In this document: in pieces, positions 37,300 to 51,164 of the stretch
Layout of the letters: each line of letters opens with the position of its first letter
How positions within the stretch are numbered: position 1 is the first letter of the stretch
DNA from: Eledone cirrhosa
Lineage: Eukaryota
Length of the DNA: 64,000 nt
Assembly (NCBI GenBank): GCA_964016885.1
Contig: OZ024741.1
Span: forward strand, 359,166,001-359,230,000
Direction of reading: 5' to 3'
Made by a program: the position numbers and the translations under genes
Notes under the pieces: model-generated
Seen by the model: the letters and a program-made list of their open reading frames with translations, nothing else
Databases searched by the model: none
Told to the model about the DNA's origin: nothing

Positions 37300-37830
37300 A
37301 TATATATAAGTGATGTAAACCCATGCATTGGTAAGGCCTAGGGTGCTAGCAATAAGTTATTGCTAGTGTGGAAATCTAGACTTCCAGACAACATGAAAAG
37401 GGACCTCTTTCAAGCAACTCTTACCTCTGTTCTATTTTATGGCTGTTCAAATGGACTCAAAACTGGAAAGAAGATTAGATGGAGCTTACACTCCCATGCT
37501 AAGAGTGGCTTTGAATGTCACTTGGTGAGATCATCTGACCAATGAGCAACTGTATGGAAACCTTTGTCCAGTATCAGATATCATCAAAGAGCTTAGAATC
37601 AGATTCACATAGAATTGCTGGAGAGCTAAAGATGAAATTGTTAGTTGATTCTTTTGTGGGAGCCTACACAAGTAAGAGCTATCAAAGGTCAACAAACCAA
37701 GACCTATATCAAGCAGATTGTGACAACATAAACTGCAATCCCTCTGACCTGCCGAATATGATGAACAATTGAATTGGATGGTGACAGAAAATCAAGCGAA
37801 TCTGTGCAAGTACTGTGACCTATTGATTTA
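37300..37830 (+). pseudogene. RTE-X-like LINE 3' fragment
   Basis: WKSRLPDNMKRDLFQATLTSVLFYGC; similar to the 43.5-45.2 kb element. Confidence 0.6.
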
Positions 37831-38064
37831 TATATCTCATCATCATCATTTAACCTTTATTTTCCAACTATGTTACAGTGTTGACTAGGTGCCTTTTATC
37901 ATGACACTGAAATGACCAAGTAAGTTTGAGGTCAATGAGGCACATGGAATATTTAGCTGGTGAAGGCAGTGTATTAAGATTGGGGGGAATAAATGGGGAA
38001 GGGTGAAGAGAAGATTGGTGCGGACAATTGTGTCCTCTACATATTTGTTTCATTTCATGTTGTG

Positions 38065-38935
38065 CACATGGGAAGGCGAGTCATCTGCAGTACAATGCTA
38101 GAGATCTTGATCCTGAGTTATCTTCTTTGAGGTTCAATTAGACAAGGTCAGCTTTTATCACTTCATCCCAAGCTAGGTCTCTCTCTTTCATAGTTTCTGT
38201 CAACTTTGAATGCTCTGGACCTTTTTATACAGCTGTCATCTTCCATATGCATCTCCAGTCCAAACCACTGCAATCTCCTCTCCTGTACACTACATCTGAG
38301 TCCTCATATGTCTAGTTTCTCTCTCAGTTCTTTGTCATTCATGCATCAGAACATGCAAGCTTCATTTTTTTCAATCTTTGTAGGTGTTCTGCACAGATTG
38401 CCCAGGTCTCACTTTCATGCACATTGCTGTTCATACACAAGCTTCTTAAAGTCTGCCTTTCGTTTTGAGGGAGAAAGCTTTTGTAGCTAGCAGCAGTAGT
38501 AGCTCCCTGAACTTTTTTCCATCCCATTCTCACTCTGGCTACTATACTTTCAGAACACTCAGCTCCACTGCTAATTTGGTCACTTAGGTAACAAGAACTA
38601 TCAACTACATTTATGGAGCCCTCTGGGCATTGATAGTATCCTGTGAGTTCTTGTTACTTACTGCTCCTGTGCATTAACACCATACAAAACCTACATTCTT
38701 TGCTAGCTTGTCTGAGATCCCACTACATCTCTTGTGTACATATGGTTTGCACTTTGGACATGGGATGGAATATTTAAGATCCCACTACATCTCTTGTGTA
38801 CATATAGTTTGCACTTTGGACATGGGATGGAATATTTACCTACTCTTTTCCTGCACATTGAACATGGCCATTTTCTTGATAATGTATGTGTGTTTATGTC
38901 TCATAACTTAGCTGTTTGTCAAAAGAAAGATTGAT
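38065..38935 (-). pseudogene. RTE-clade LINE fragment (same family as 16690-17790), with a 62-bp tandem duplication at 38715-38838
   Basis: HESETWAICAEHLQRL; nucleotide similarity to 17030-17780. Confidence 0.75.
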
Positions 38936-39584
38936 AAAATAAGTAATAGAGTTGATATGATCAATTAAATCCCTCAAAGGTGGTGCCCCTGTATGGCCAC
39001 AGTCTAATGACTGAAACCACTGAAAGAATAAATAAAATAAAATAAATAAATAAATAACATTTTACTCTTACATTTATAAAAATTTTCTTGAAAAATGTTC
39101 TTTTATTTTTCAAAAAATACTGCACTAATTTAGATAATTACTGTAAATGAATTATTTTCTGAATCAGTAACCTTTTTCAGTGCATTTTGCTGTGCTTGAG
39201 GGTATTCTTTTATTCTTTTACAGGATTCAACCAGTTGACTGCGGCCATGCTGGAGCACTGCATTCATTTTAGCTGATCGTGTCAAACACAATATATTTGT
39301 TTTTTCAAGTTAGATAATTATTTTATAGATGCTTAGACATAAACAGACATGCACGACACACACAGACACATACACACACACACACACACACATACACACA
39401 CATACATATGACACTATAAATGAGGTTGGTGTTAGGAAAGGCATCCAGCTGTACGATACTTGGCCAAATTTAAAGTCCTCGCTGGAGCAAGGTATGACGG
39501 CATGGACGACCCATTTAACCCATGCAAGCATGGAAGAATGAATGTTAAACAGAAATGATGATCATGATGATATCATCATCATTC

Positions 39585-39918
39585 ATCATTTCATTTTATG
39601 TCCGCTTTTTCCCTGCTTGCAAGGGTGGGACGGGAACTGATGCTGGCTTGATTTCTACAGCTGGATGCCCTTCCTAACACCAACCTCATTTACAGTGAGT
39701 GCTGGGTGCTTTTTTGCCGTGGCACCTCCACGACCACTTTGCAGTGGAATGATATGGACCCCAGTCCCTTTCATCTCATTTCTACAGCTGAGTAAACTGG
39801 AGCAATGTGAAATAAAGTGTCTTGCTCAAGGAAACAACACATGACCCGGTCTGAGAATTGAACTCACAACCTTTCGATTGCAAGGCCAATGCTCTAACCA
39901 CTAAGCCATGTGCCTCCA
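39585..39918 (-). mobile_element. tRNA-derived SINE (same family as 13671)
   Basis: Near-complete reverse complement of 13671-14050. Confidence 0.88.
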
Positions 39919-39989
39919 TATATATATATATAAAAGCAGGCGTAAAATGATGATGATGATGATGAAGATATATATATATATATATATAT

Positions 39990-40110
39990 ATAAAACAAAA
40001 CAAACACAGGGATGCAAAAATACAAAGTCTTACTAGATTCACTCTTAGAGGAAGTGGAGGAAGGTTCAGCGTTTCGGATGGAAGTCCTTCATCAGGTAAG
40101 TTTGGAGAGG
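39990..40110 (-). mobile_element. Penelope-like terminus with hammerhead-like core
   Basis: Minus strand CUGAUGA-A-GGA/cuucca/UCC-GAAAC-GCU, then a pyrimidine-rich tail into (TA)n; cleavage triplet non-canonical. Confidence 0.55.
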
Positions 40111-41597
40111 GAGAGAACAGGTAGGTACATGAAAGTTGTGTGTGAAAGTTAGGAAAAGAATGTTAGGAAATAATTGATAGGGTGGGGGTGAAGCCAAGAG
40201 GCCCAGCATTCTGGAGTGGGGGTGGAAGTGGAGGTCCAGGCGTATCACGAGTGTGGTTGTATGTGTGCCGAAGGGATGGAATTGGTAGGTGTGCATTATT
40301 GCTTCAGTATGTGTGTGTGAATACGTGGATGTCTCTGAGTCTTATATTGTTGGTGTGTGCACACAGGTGTGTGTGTGTGTATGTATGTGAGTTCTTTGTT
40401 TGTTTGTGCATGCATGTGTGTGTGAGTGTATGTGTGCATATGTGTGTATATATTTTTTTAAATCTTTACTATGTGTGTGTGTGTGTCTCCACGTGTGTAT
40501 GTGTGACTGTATTGTCTGTAGAGGGATTATTTTGTGTGCATGTGCATGGGAGTGAATGTGTGTATGCTTGTGTAATGGTATGTCTGTCAGTGTGTTTCTA
40601 TGATGGGCTTCTGCAGTTCCCATCTACCAAATTCCATTGATTAGGCATTGGTCAATCCAAAGCTAAAATAAAAGACAATTGTGCAAGGAGCCATTCAGCG
40701 AGATTGGACCCAGAAACATGGTTGAAAGCAAAAATCTAAACACCATACCCATGACTACACTTGTATATAGCAGTTTTAGTTTTTCTGCCATGGGGTGAAA
40801 AGAACAAATTTCTGCTGTTTCCAACCCTGATAAAGAGAGAGATACAATTAACCATAGGACACATACAACAAATAGATTCAGAACAGTTTCCAGGAACATT
40901 CAGACTTTGTCTTGGTGTCTTGCTGATGCTTATTGCAAATGAGAGGTATACTAGAACCTGGAGTTGTTTAAATTTGAAGGTCACATGTGTCAGGATTAAA
41001 GGAATTCTTGGAATGCCCATTTTAAAAAGAAAACAAGTTATATAGAAAGTCCATTCACACTGCATTGTCAAAAATTGCTCCAAAAGACTTGGGTCAACCC
41101 AGGCTAGAGAAGTTATTTTGCTTTCAGTTTGCTTACTTTCAGGCTTGAAATTGAAGGATAGTCACAGTTTTTACAACTTACCATATTCAGACTGCAAGAC
41201 TATTTGTATGTATACACTGCACATATTCTTTCATACACACACAGACACACATATGCAACAATTTTACTAGAATTTTCCTCTATCAAATTCACTTTCAACA
41301 CATTCTTTTGTGAAGACACTTGCAAAAAGTATCATGCATTGGGATTGAACCCAAGGCCTCATGGTTCTGAAGTGAACTCATTAACTACACAGCCATACTT
41401 ATAAATAATACTTTCACAGTCATACTTACAAATAATAAAACAAATATAGAATCATCACCATCACCATCATCAATTTATGCATGTTTTCTATCCTGGCATG
41501 GGTTGGACGAGTTGCCACAGACTGAGACAAAACCTAGTCTTGCTCATATGTTCCATATTTTGGCATGGTTTCAAACCATGGATACCTACCAACCCTT

Positions 41598-42612
41598 CCC
41601 ACTTTACAGAGAGTACTGGGTGCATTCTATTGTGGAACTAGTGTTATAAATTTACAGAGTGTAGTGGGTTCATTTTATCATGGCATGCACCCTGCCACTT
41701 TAGATAGTGTACTAGGTGCATTTCGTCAGGGCACCAGCACTACCATTTTACAATGTGTATTAGATACAGTTTATTGTGGCACTATGACTACCACTTTACT
41801 GAGTGTATGGGGTGCATTTTATTGTGGCACCAAGACTACCATTTTACAGAGTTTGCTGGGGCATTTTATTGTTGCATCAGTACTATCATTTTACAAAGAG
41901 TACTGGGTGTATTTTATCATGGTACCAACACAACCTCTTTACAAAGTATACTGAGTGAATTTTAACATGACATCAACACTACAACTTTACAGAGTGTACT
42001 GGGAGCATTTTATCATGGCATCAACACTATGATTTTACAGCATGTACTAGGCGTATTTTACTATGGCACCAGCACTACTATTTTACAAAGTCTACTAGAT
42101 GCCTTTTATTGCGGCACCAACAAACATTTTACAGAGTATACAACATGAAGACTATTGTGGCACCAACAGTACCCTTCACAGAGTGTCCAGACTGCATCTT
42201 ATCCAGGTACCAGTACTTCCACTTTACAGTGTGAACTTGATGCATTTTATTGTGGCACCAGCACTGCCAATTTACAGAGTGTAATGGGTACATTTTATTG
42301 TGCCATCCACACTATTAATCTACAGAATATATTGGGTGCATTTTATTATGGCACCAACACTACCCCCTTACAGTGTGGACTAGATGCTCTACCACCTTAT
42401 AGAGTATAGTGGGTTAATTTTATTGTGACACCAACAGTACCACTTTATAAAATGTACTGGGTACATTTTATCATGTCACCAGCACTACCATTTTACAGAG
42501 TATACTTAGTACATCTTATTGTAGCATCAGTACTGCCACTTCACAAAGTGTAATAGGTGTATTTTATTAGAACACCAGTACTATCAATTTACAGTGTGAA
42601 CTAGGTGCATTT
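41598..42612 (+). repeat. Degenerate minisatellite, unit about 45-50 bp
   Basis: Repeating actttacagagtgtactgggtgcattttattgtggcaccagcact. Confidence 0.85.
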
Positions 42613-43009
42613 TAAAAAAAGAATGTTGCGGGAAAACATGCTTTTTGTTTTAAAATACTGTACTAATTTAAATAATTGTTTTAAATGAATTATTTTTCCA
42701 ATCAGTAAATGTTTCCAGTCTGTAGTGCAGTGCTTAGGGGTATAGAATATTCCTAGTTTTATATTTTACTAGCTAACCCCATGGAAATTTCCCTAATTTA
42801 ATTAGAAACAACCATTAAGTATTAAAGATCAATTTAGCATTTTAAATATTTCTTTATAAGTTATATATACATAATATATATATATATGTATATATGTGTG
42901 TGTATATACATATATCATCATCATCAGCACCATTTTATGTCTATTTTCCACACTAGCATGGGTTAGACAAGTTGTCCTGTTGTGGGCAATATATACTATA
43001 TATATATAT

Positions 43010-43322
43010 AAGAAATGATTACAAAGGAGGATATACCGTTAAAACATGTTTATATAACAATGCACCTACGTACATAGAAGCCATTTGGGGCGAAACATAC
43101 ATAGGTACATTGTTATATAAACATGTTTTAACGGTATATACTCCTTTGTATTCATTTCTTTTGTAACCGCTCTGCTTATATTCTCGCCCACTAAATATTA
43201 ACGCTTCTAATATTTAACCCTGTAAGCACAAGTATTGAGCACATTTGCACAAACTATTGGCAACTAAATATATGTATCGCTTATCTCTTCTTTTTTTCTC
43301 TCTCTCTCGATACTTAAACATT
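43010..43322 (+). mobile_element. Fold-back element / Penelope-like terminus in (TA)n
   Basis: 43010-43072 is inverted relative to about 43090-43160; GCC/atttgg/GGC-GAAAC hammerhead remnant at the apex. Confidence 0.6.
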
Positions 43323-43529
43323 CTATATATATATATATAAATGTGGTTGGCTTTAGGAAGGGTGTACTGCTGTAGAAACTAAGCCAAAAACAATTATGTA
43401 TGAGCAAGACATGGTCACCTCATCTGATTTGCCTCAAATGGGACAACCCATCTAACCCATGCTTGTGGGAAAAATAGATGTTAAACGATGATGATGATGA
43501 TGAGATATATATATATACACATAAATATT

Positions 43530-45250
43530 CTTCTTCTCTACATCCATTACCAGTTCTGTGATAAAGTTCCTCCTCCAGCTCACCATAATCACACATCAGA
43601 TTTCCAAAAAAGAACTCCGTCAGCAAGTTCATTGTGATGTTTCACATGTCTGGCTAATACAAACCTCCTACACCTTATGATGTCAGAAAGGTGAGGGTGT
43701 GAGCCGTAGATTGATTTCTTTGCTACATGTGTTCTCCAGGATTTGTTCTGGACCTTTGTCAGCATCCAGGTGAATGTGCAATTAATCCTCTTTGCAAGTG
43801 TTTTTGTCAGTGTCCATAACTCACATTTGTAGAGGAAAATGAACTCAACTATTGCTTTGAATAGCCTCGTTTTTGTGGTTTTCTTGATCAGAGACACACC
43901 CACCTTTGATAGGAAGTTGAGAGCCCCCCATTCCTTGCCTATCATAGTGTCCACATTGTGCTCTGTATTCATGAAACTACAAAGGTATAAGAATTCAATC
44001 ACTTCCTCAATCTCTGATCTGTCTAGTGCATGCATTTGTTTATTTGATGTTGCATTGAGACACGTGAATTTTGTTTTCCCAGTCTTCAAGAAGAGTTCAA
44101 TGGACTGTGCTGCAACCTCTGCTCTGTGTAACACTTCCTCAGCTTCTTTTCAGATGTTTTCCAGAATAGCAATGTCATCAGTGTAAGCCATCTCAGATAG
44201 AACTTCCTCCAGATGTAAGGTCCTTTGTCAACTTTTCAGCATTATTCCATCTGGTGGTGCAATAGCATTATGCAGTGTATAATTAAGGCACATCACAAAA
44301 AGGAAAGGAGTCAGAGTCCTGAAGGACTCTGGTATCAATAGAAAATAGGTTAGTGTTTTCCTCAGGTGTCATCACAAGTGCTGAAGTATTCTCATATATG
44401 ACTTAAATTACAAATCACGATCTGATGGGTTATCCCATAAGCAAGAGGAATTTTGAACATCTTTCAGTCAATCAAATCAAATAACTTCTTGAAATCTATA
44501 AATACAATTGTTGCCTCCTTCTTGTTATTCTGTATCTCCTCAATAATCCTTCTTAGAGCCAAGATATGCGAGGCAGTAGAGCAAAATGGCTAAAATCCAT
44601 TTTGGCTGGAACGTTGAGTGTTGTCAGTACTTGGTCTGATTCTATTCAGGATCATCCCATTGTAAGTCTTCGCTGCAATTTGCGTAAGACTGATGTCTCT
44701 ATAGTTGGTGCAGAGGGTAAGGTCACCTTTCTTTGGTATTGGTATAATTCTTGATATTCCCTATTCCTTAGGCCGGTGTCCTTAAAAGGTTTTGATGCAG
44801 AAGGCTCTTAGAAATTTCTGAGCTTTGAGTAGTTTCCATAGGTCTACAGTTAGGCCAAGCTCAGGAGCTTTGCATGGTTTCATTGCCTTTAATGCATTGT
44901 CCACCGCTTCTATGGAGAATTCAGTGGTGTTTATCTCTGGGTGGAGTTCAAATACTGGGTCAATCACTACATCTGGCTCACTATGATTGTCAGTTGACAG
45001 GAGTTTGTGGAAGTTCTCTCTCCAAGTCACAAGGCTGTGTTCCTCTTGGATATATATCACATTCTTCCTCTTCTTCTTACCAGAAAGTTCTTTTGTCAGT
45101 CTTCAAGATTCTCTCGGTATGTTGTTGAGAAACAGCAATTATGATTGTCAGGCACATACTTCTTTTGTGGTCGTAGGGGAACATCACAACATCGTCACAA
45201 CCAAAGTTAAACTCAGTCTTTGCTCAAATAGAAGATCCAGTAAGAAACAG
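43530..45250 (-). pseudogene. Degenerate RTE-X-like LINE ORF2
   Basis: KAMKPCKAP, IDFKKLFDLID-like, YTDDIAI, EFLYL, LFKAIVEFIFLYKCELWTLTK. Confidence 0.8.
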
Positions 45251-45459
45251 CTTTACTGAAGGACACTAAGGGAAGATATCAACCGTACAAGAATAATTGG
45301 TGACTTAATTGCTGATAAATTTGAATCCTTGCCAGTTGAAATGAAAAATTATACTTCATTTGTGTTTATGTGGGAAGTGGTGCAATGGCTACAGTCAGAA
45401 AGCAACATCCTGGAGCATGAAAGAACCAACCAAATCCTGACTTATATATATATATATAC

Positions 45460-45653
45460 GTTATTCCGGGTTGAATCGGAGGTAACCACAGTAAGTAAGG
45501 TACTCAATACATAGCAGAGTATAAAAGTTTTAATATAGATGAGATTATACAGGACTAGAACTGTTTCATTCTTTAGAAATCATCAGGAATCTCTGATGAT
45601 TTCTAAAGAATGAAACAGTTCTAGTCCTGTAGAATCTCATCTATATTAAAACT
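45460..45653. mobile_element. Fold-back element with hammerhead-like core in (TA)n
   Basis: 61-bp arms 45526-45586 and 45593-45653 (one mismatch, 6-nt spacer); CTGATGA...GAAAC; related copy at 62155-62385. Confidence 0.7.
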
Positions 45654-45680
45654 ATATATATATATATATATATACATATG

Positions 45681-45728
<48 letters not shown>

Positions 45729-46469
45729 GTAATTAATTACATATACACAACACAATAAAGTAAATTAGACTTAACAAATAACTGAAACAACCAAAATGGA
45801 ATATTTACTTATTTATAATATGAGGATAAACAATATTTTTCATAAAAGTAATTCCTCTCTCTCACTCTCTCTCGCTCTCTCTCTTTCTCTCTCTCTCTTG
45901 CTTATACACACACACACACACACACACAATTATACACACGTTGCATTGCTGCTGCCACCATCATCTCTCTTTTCTCTCTTGTATATACACATATATATTT
46001 ATCATACATACATACATACACACACACATACATACACACATACATACACACACACATATACACATACATACACACACATACATACATACACACATACATA
46101 CATACACACATATGTATGACTTCTTGTGCCAAGTTTTAATGTATGTAAGAACACAATTTTATATACTAAGATTATACTATAACCATACACCACTACCACT
46201 GCCACCACAACCACAAACACCACCACCACTATCACCACTACTACCACCGCCACCACCACCATGTTGAAATATACACAGTATATTACTTTCAACTAAACTG
46301 AGACAGTATAATTAGGAAGATACATCTGTAGGTGTGTACACAGCACAACTCGTTGCTTGGCTCACTACCTCTGTGCTGGGTTATAGCTGACCTGTGGTTA
46401 TAGAACAATAGCCACAACCACCACCACACTATATAACAACACCACATCATTTACATCACTAACTCCCCC

Positions 46470-49400
46470 ATTCCATTACCACCACTATCACCACTAACAA
46501 CACCACCAATAACACCACCACTATCACCACCAACAACACCACCACCAACATCACCAACTACAACATCGCCAACAACATCACCAACAACACCACCAACAAC
46601 ACCACCACCAACAACACCACCAATAACATCACCACTATCACGACCAATAACACCACCACCAACATAACCAACTACAACACCACCAACAACACCACCAACA
46701 ACACCACCAACAACACCACCACTATCACGACCAATAACACCACCAACAACACCACCAACAACACCAACAACAACACTACCAACAACACCACCAACAACAC
46801 CGCCAATAACACCACCACCAACAACACCACCAACTACACCACCAATAACACCACCACTGTCACCACCAACAACACCACCACCAACACCACCAACAACACC
46901 ACCAATAACACCACCACTATCACCACCAACAACACCACCACCAACATCACCAACTACAACATCGCCAACAACACCACCAACAACACCACCACCAACAACA
47001 CCACCAATAACATCACCACTATCACGACCAACAACATCATCAACAACACTACCAACAACACCACCACTATCACTACCAACAACACCACCAACAACACCAC
47101 CAACAACAACATCATCAATAACACCACCACTATCACCACCAATAACACCACCACCAACATAACCAACTACAACACCACCAACAACACCACCACTATCACG
47201 ACCAATAACACCACCAACAGCACCTCCAATAACACCACCGCTATCACCACCAATAACACCACCACCAACATCACCAACTACAACACCACCAACAACACTA
47301 CCAACAACACCACCAATAACACCACCACTATCACCACCAACAACACCACCACCAACTACAACAGCACCAACAACACCACCAACAACACCAACAGCACCAA
47401 CAACAACATCAACAACACTACCACCACTATCACCACCAACAACACCACCAACAACACCACCACTATCACCACCAATAACACCACCACCAACATAACCAAC
47501 TACAACACCACCAACAACACCACCAACAACACCACCAACAACACCACCACTATCACGACCAACAACATCACCAACAACACCACCAATAACACCACCACTA
47601 TCACTACCAACAACACCACCAACAACACCACCAACAACACCACCAACAACATCACCAATAACACCACCACTATCACCACCAATAACACCACCACCAACAT
47701 AACCAACTATAACACCACCAACAACACCACCAACAACACCACCACTATCACGACCAATAACACCACCAACAACACCACCAACAACACCACCAACAACACT
47801 ACCAACAACACCACCAACAACACCGCCAATAACACCACCACTGTCACCACCAACAACACCACCAATAACACCACCACTATCACCACCAATAACACCACCA
47901 CCAACATCACCAACTACAACACCACCAACAACAACACCACCAACAACACCACCAATAACACCACCACCAACATCACCAACTACAACACCACCAACAACAC
48001 CACCAACAACACCACCACTATCACCACCAACAACACCACCAATAACACCACCACTATCACCACCAACAACACCACCACCAACACCACCAACAACGCCACC
48101 AATAACACCACCACTATCACCACCAATAACAGCACCACCAACATCACCAACTACAACACCACCAATAAGACCACCAACAACATCACCAACAACACCACCA
48201 ATAACACCACCACTATCACCACCAACAACACCACCAACAGCACCTCCAATAACACCACCGTTATCACCACCAATAACACCACCACCAACATCACCAACTA
48301 CAACAGCACCAACAACACCACCAACAACACCAACAACACCAACAGCACCAACAACAACATCAACAACACTACCACCACTATCACCACCAACAACACCACC
48401 AACAACACCACCACTATCACCACCAACAACACCACCAACAACACCACCAACAACACCACCAACAACACCAACAACAACATCAACAATACCACCACTATCA
48501 CCACCAACAACACCACCACTATCACCACCAACAACAACACCAACAACATCAACAACACCACCACTATCACCATCAATAACACCACCAACAACACCACCAA
48601 CAACACCACCAACAACACCACCACTATCACCACCAACAACACCACCAACAACACCACCAACAACACCACCAACAACACCAACAACACCAACAACAACATC
48701 AACAACACCACCACTATCACCATCAATAACACCACCACTATCACTACCAACAACACCACCAACAACACCACCAACAACACCATCAATAACACCACCACTA
48801 TCACCACCAACAACACCACCAACAACACCACCACTATCACCACCAACAACACCACCACTATCACCACCAACAACACCACCACTATCACCATCAATAACAC
48901 CACCACTATCACCACCAACAACACCACCACTATCACCACCAACAACACCACCACTATCACCACCAACAACACCACCACTATCACCATCAATAACACCACC
49001 ACTATCACCACCAACAACACCACCAACAACACCACCACTATCACCACCAACAACACCACCACTATCACCACCAACAACACCACCACTATCACCATCAATA
49101 ACACCACCACTATCACCACCAACAACACCACCAACAACACCACCACTATCACCACCAACAACACCACCACTATCACCACCAACAACACCACCACTATCAC
49201 CATCAATAACACCACCACTATCACCACCAACAACACCACCAACAACACCACCACTATCACCACCAACAGCACCACCACTATCACCATCAATAACACCACC
49301 ACTATCACCACCAACAACACCACCACTATCACCACCAACAACACCACCACTATCACCACCAACAACACCACCAACAACACCACCACTATCACCACCAACA

Positions 49401-50450
49401 ACACCACCACTATCACCACCAACAACACCACCAACAACACCACCACTATCACCACCAACAACACCACCACTATCACCACCAACAACACCACCACTATCAC
49501 CACCAACAACACCACCAATAACAACACCACCAATAACAACACCACCAATAACACCACCACTATCACCACCAACAACACCACCAACAAAACCACCAACAAC
49601 ACCACCAACAACACCACCACCACTATCACCACCAACAACACCACCAACAACACCAACAACATCACCAGCAACACCAGCAACAACACTATCAACAACACCA
49701 CCAAAACAAGACCAGCAACATCACCAGCAACACCAGCAACACCACTAACAACACCACCACCACTATCACCACCAACAACACTACCAACACCACCAACTTC
49801 ATCAACAACACCACCACCAACAACACCAACATTATCACCACAAACACTACCAGCAACGTCACCACCACTAACAACACTACCAGTAACAACAACACTACCA
49901 CACCACCACAACCACCACTACCACCATCACCACAACCATCAGCACCATCAACAACACCACCAACACTACCACGTCACTCACACCGCACCACACCCCCAAC
50001 AACAACACCACTTCACCACACTACCATCAACACCACCATCACCACACCATAACGACCACCACCACCACCACCAACAACAACAACACTACACTACTTTAAC
50101 CACCACTACCATCATCACCACAAACATCAGCACCAACAACAACACCATTACCACCACACTACCATCAACACCACCACAACCACCACCATCACCACACCAT
50201 AACCAACAACAACAACACTACACTACTATAACCACCACTACCACCATCACCACCACCAACAACAACAACAACACTACACCACCACCACTACCAGCATTAC
50301 CACCACCACCACACCATCACCACCACCACCACCAACAACAACAACACTATACCACCACCACTACCACCATCACCACCAACAACAACACCACCACCACCAC
50401 TACCACCATCACCACAAACATCACCAACAACAACACCACCACCACCACCA
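46470..50450. repeat. CAC/AAC-rich complex satellite, block 1
   Basis: Units such as accaccactatcaccaccaacaac; almost no G on the + strand. Confidence 0.95.
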
Positions 50451-51164
50451 GAAGCAACCTCTCCTTTATACATACATACACCATAGCCGTCTAAATCAAA
50501 GTATTAATAAATCCATTTCTATTTTCCACTTTTAGCAACTTCTATGTTAAAGGTGAAAGGTAGTATGTCACATGTCAGAGGTGAAAACATTCATAAATGA
50601 TAACAAGGGAGAAAAATCCTACTAAAATATAAGTCAGTTATTGTAGTTGCTTTTATTACTGTTTAACCCTGAGTCAAATCCAATCTAGCAGACTTATGAC
50701 CAAATGTGTTCTAGCCATGGCCACCATGTCTTTTTGTATGGGTTTATATGAGTGTCAGCTGAAGAGTTCATATGCTGACAAAGATACTCTCATGGAATGA
50801 CCAAATGAGGTATATTTTTCAACATAGACCCTGGAAAGAAACAATACATTATTATCGGTGGATTGGCAGTATCGGTAGAGTCAGACACCATGCTTTGAAG
50901 CATGGAGTTACGTCCCTTTATGATCTGAGTTCAAATACTGCCGAGGTTAACTTTGCCTTTCATCCTTACGGGGTCGATAAAATAAAGTACCAGTAATGCA
51001 CTGGATATTTGCTGGCCTTGTGCCAAAAATAGAAACAATTATTATTGATAGTAACCACAACCATAACCTCACTATATAACAACAGCACATCATTACATCA
51101 CTAATCACCACCATAACCCAGCACAGAGGTAGTGAGCCAAACAACGAGGTAGGCTGCTTAACTT

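Noticed and set aside
40663-41083. Short ORFs in unique-looking DNA, one with a hydrophobic N-terminus
   Set aside because: No recognisable family or splice structure; may be UTR
41598-42612. CRISPR-like periodic repeat
   Set aside because: Degenerate tandem units without unique spacers, eukaryotic context, no cas genes
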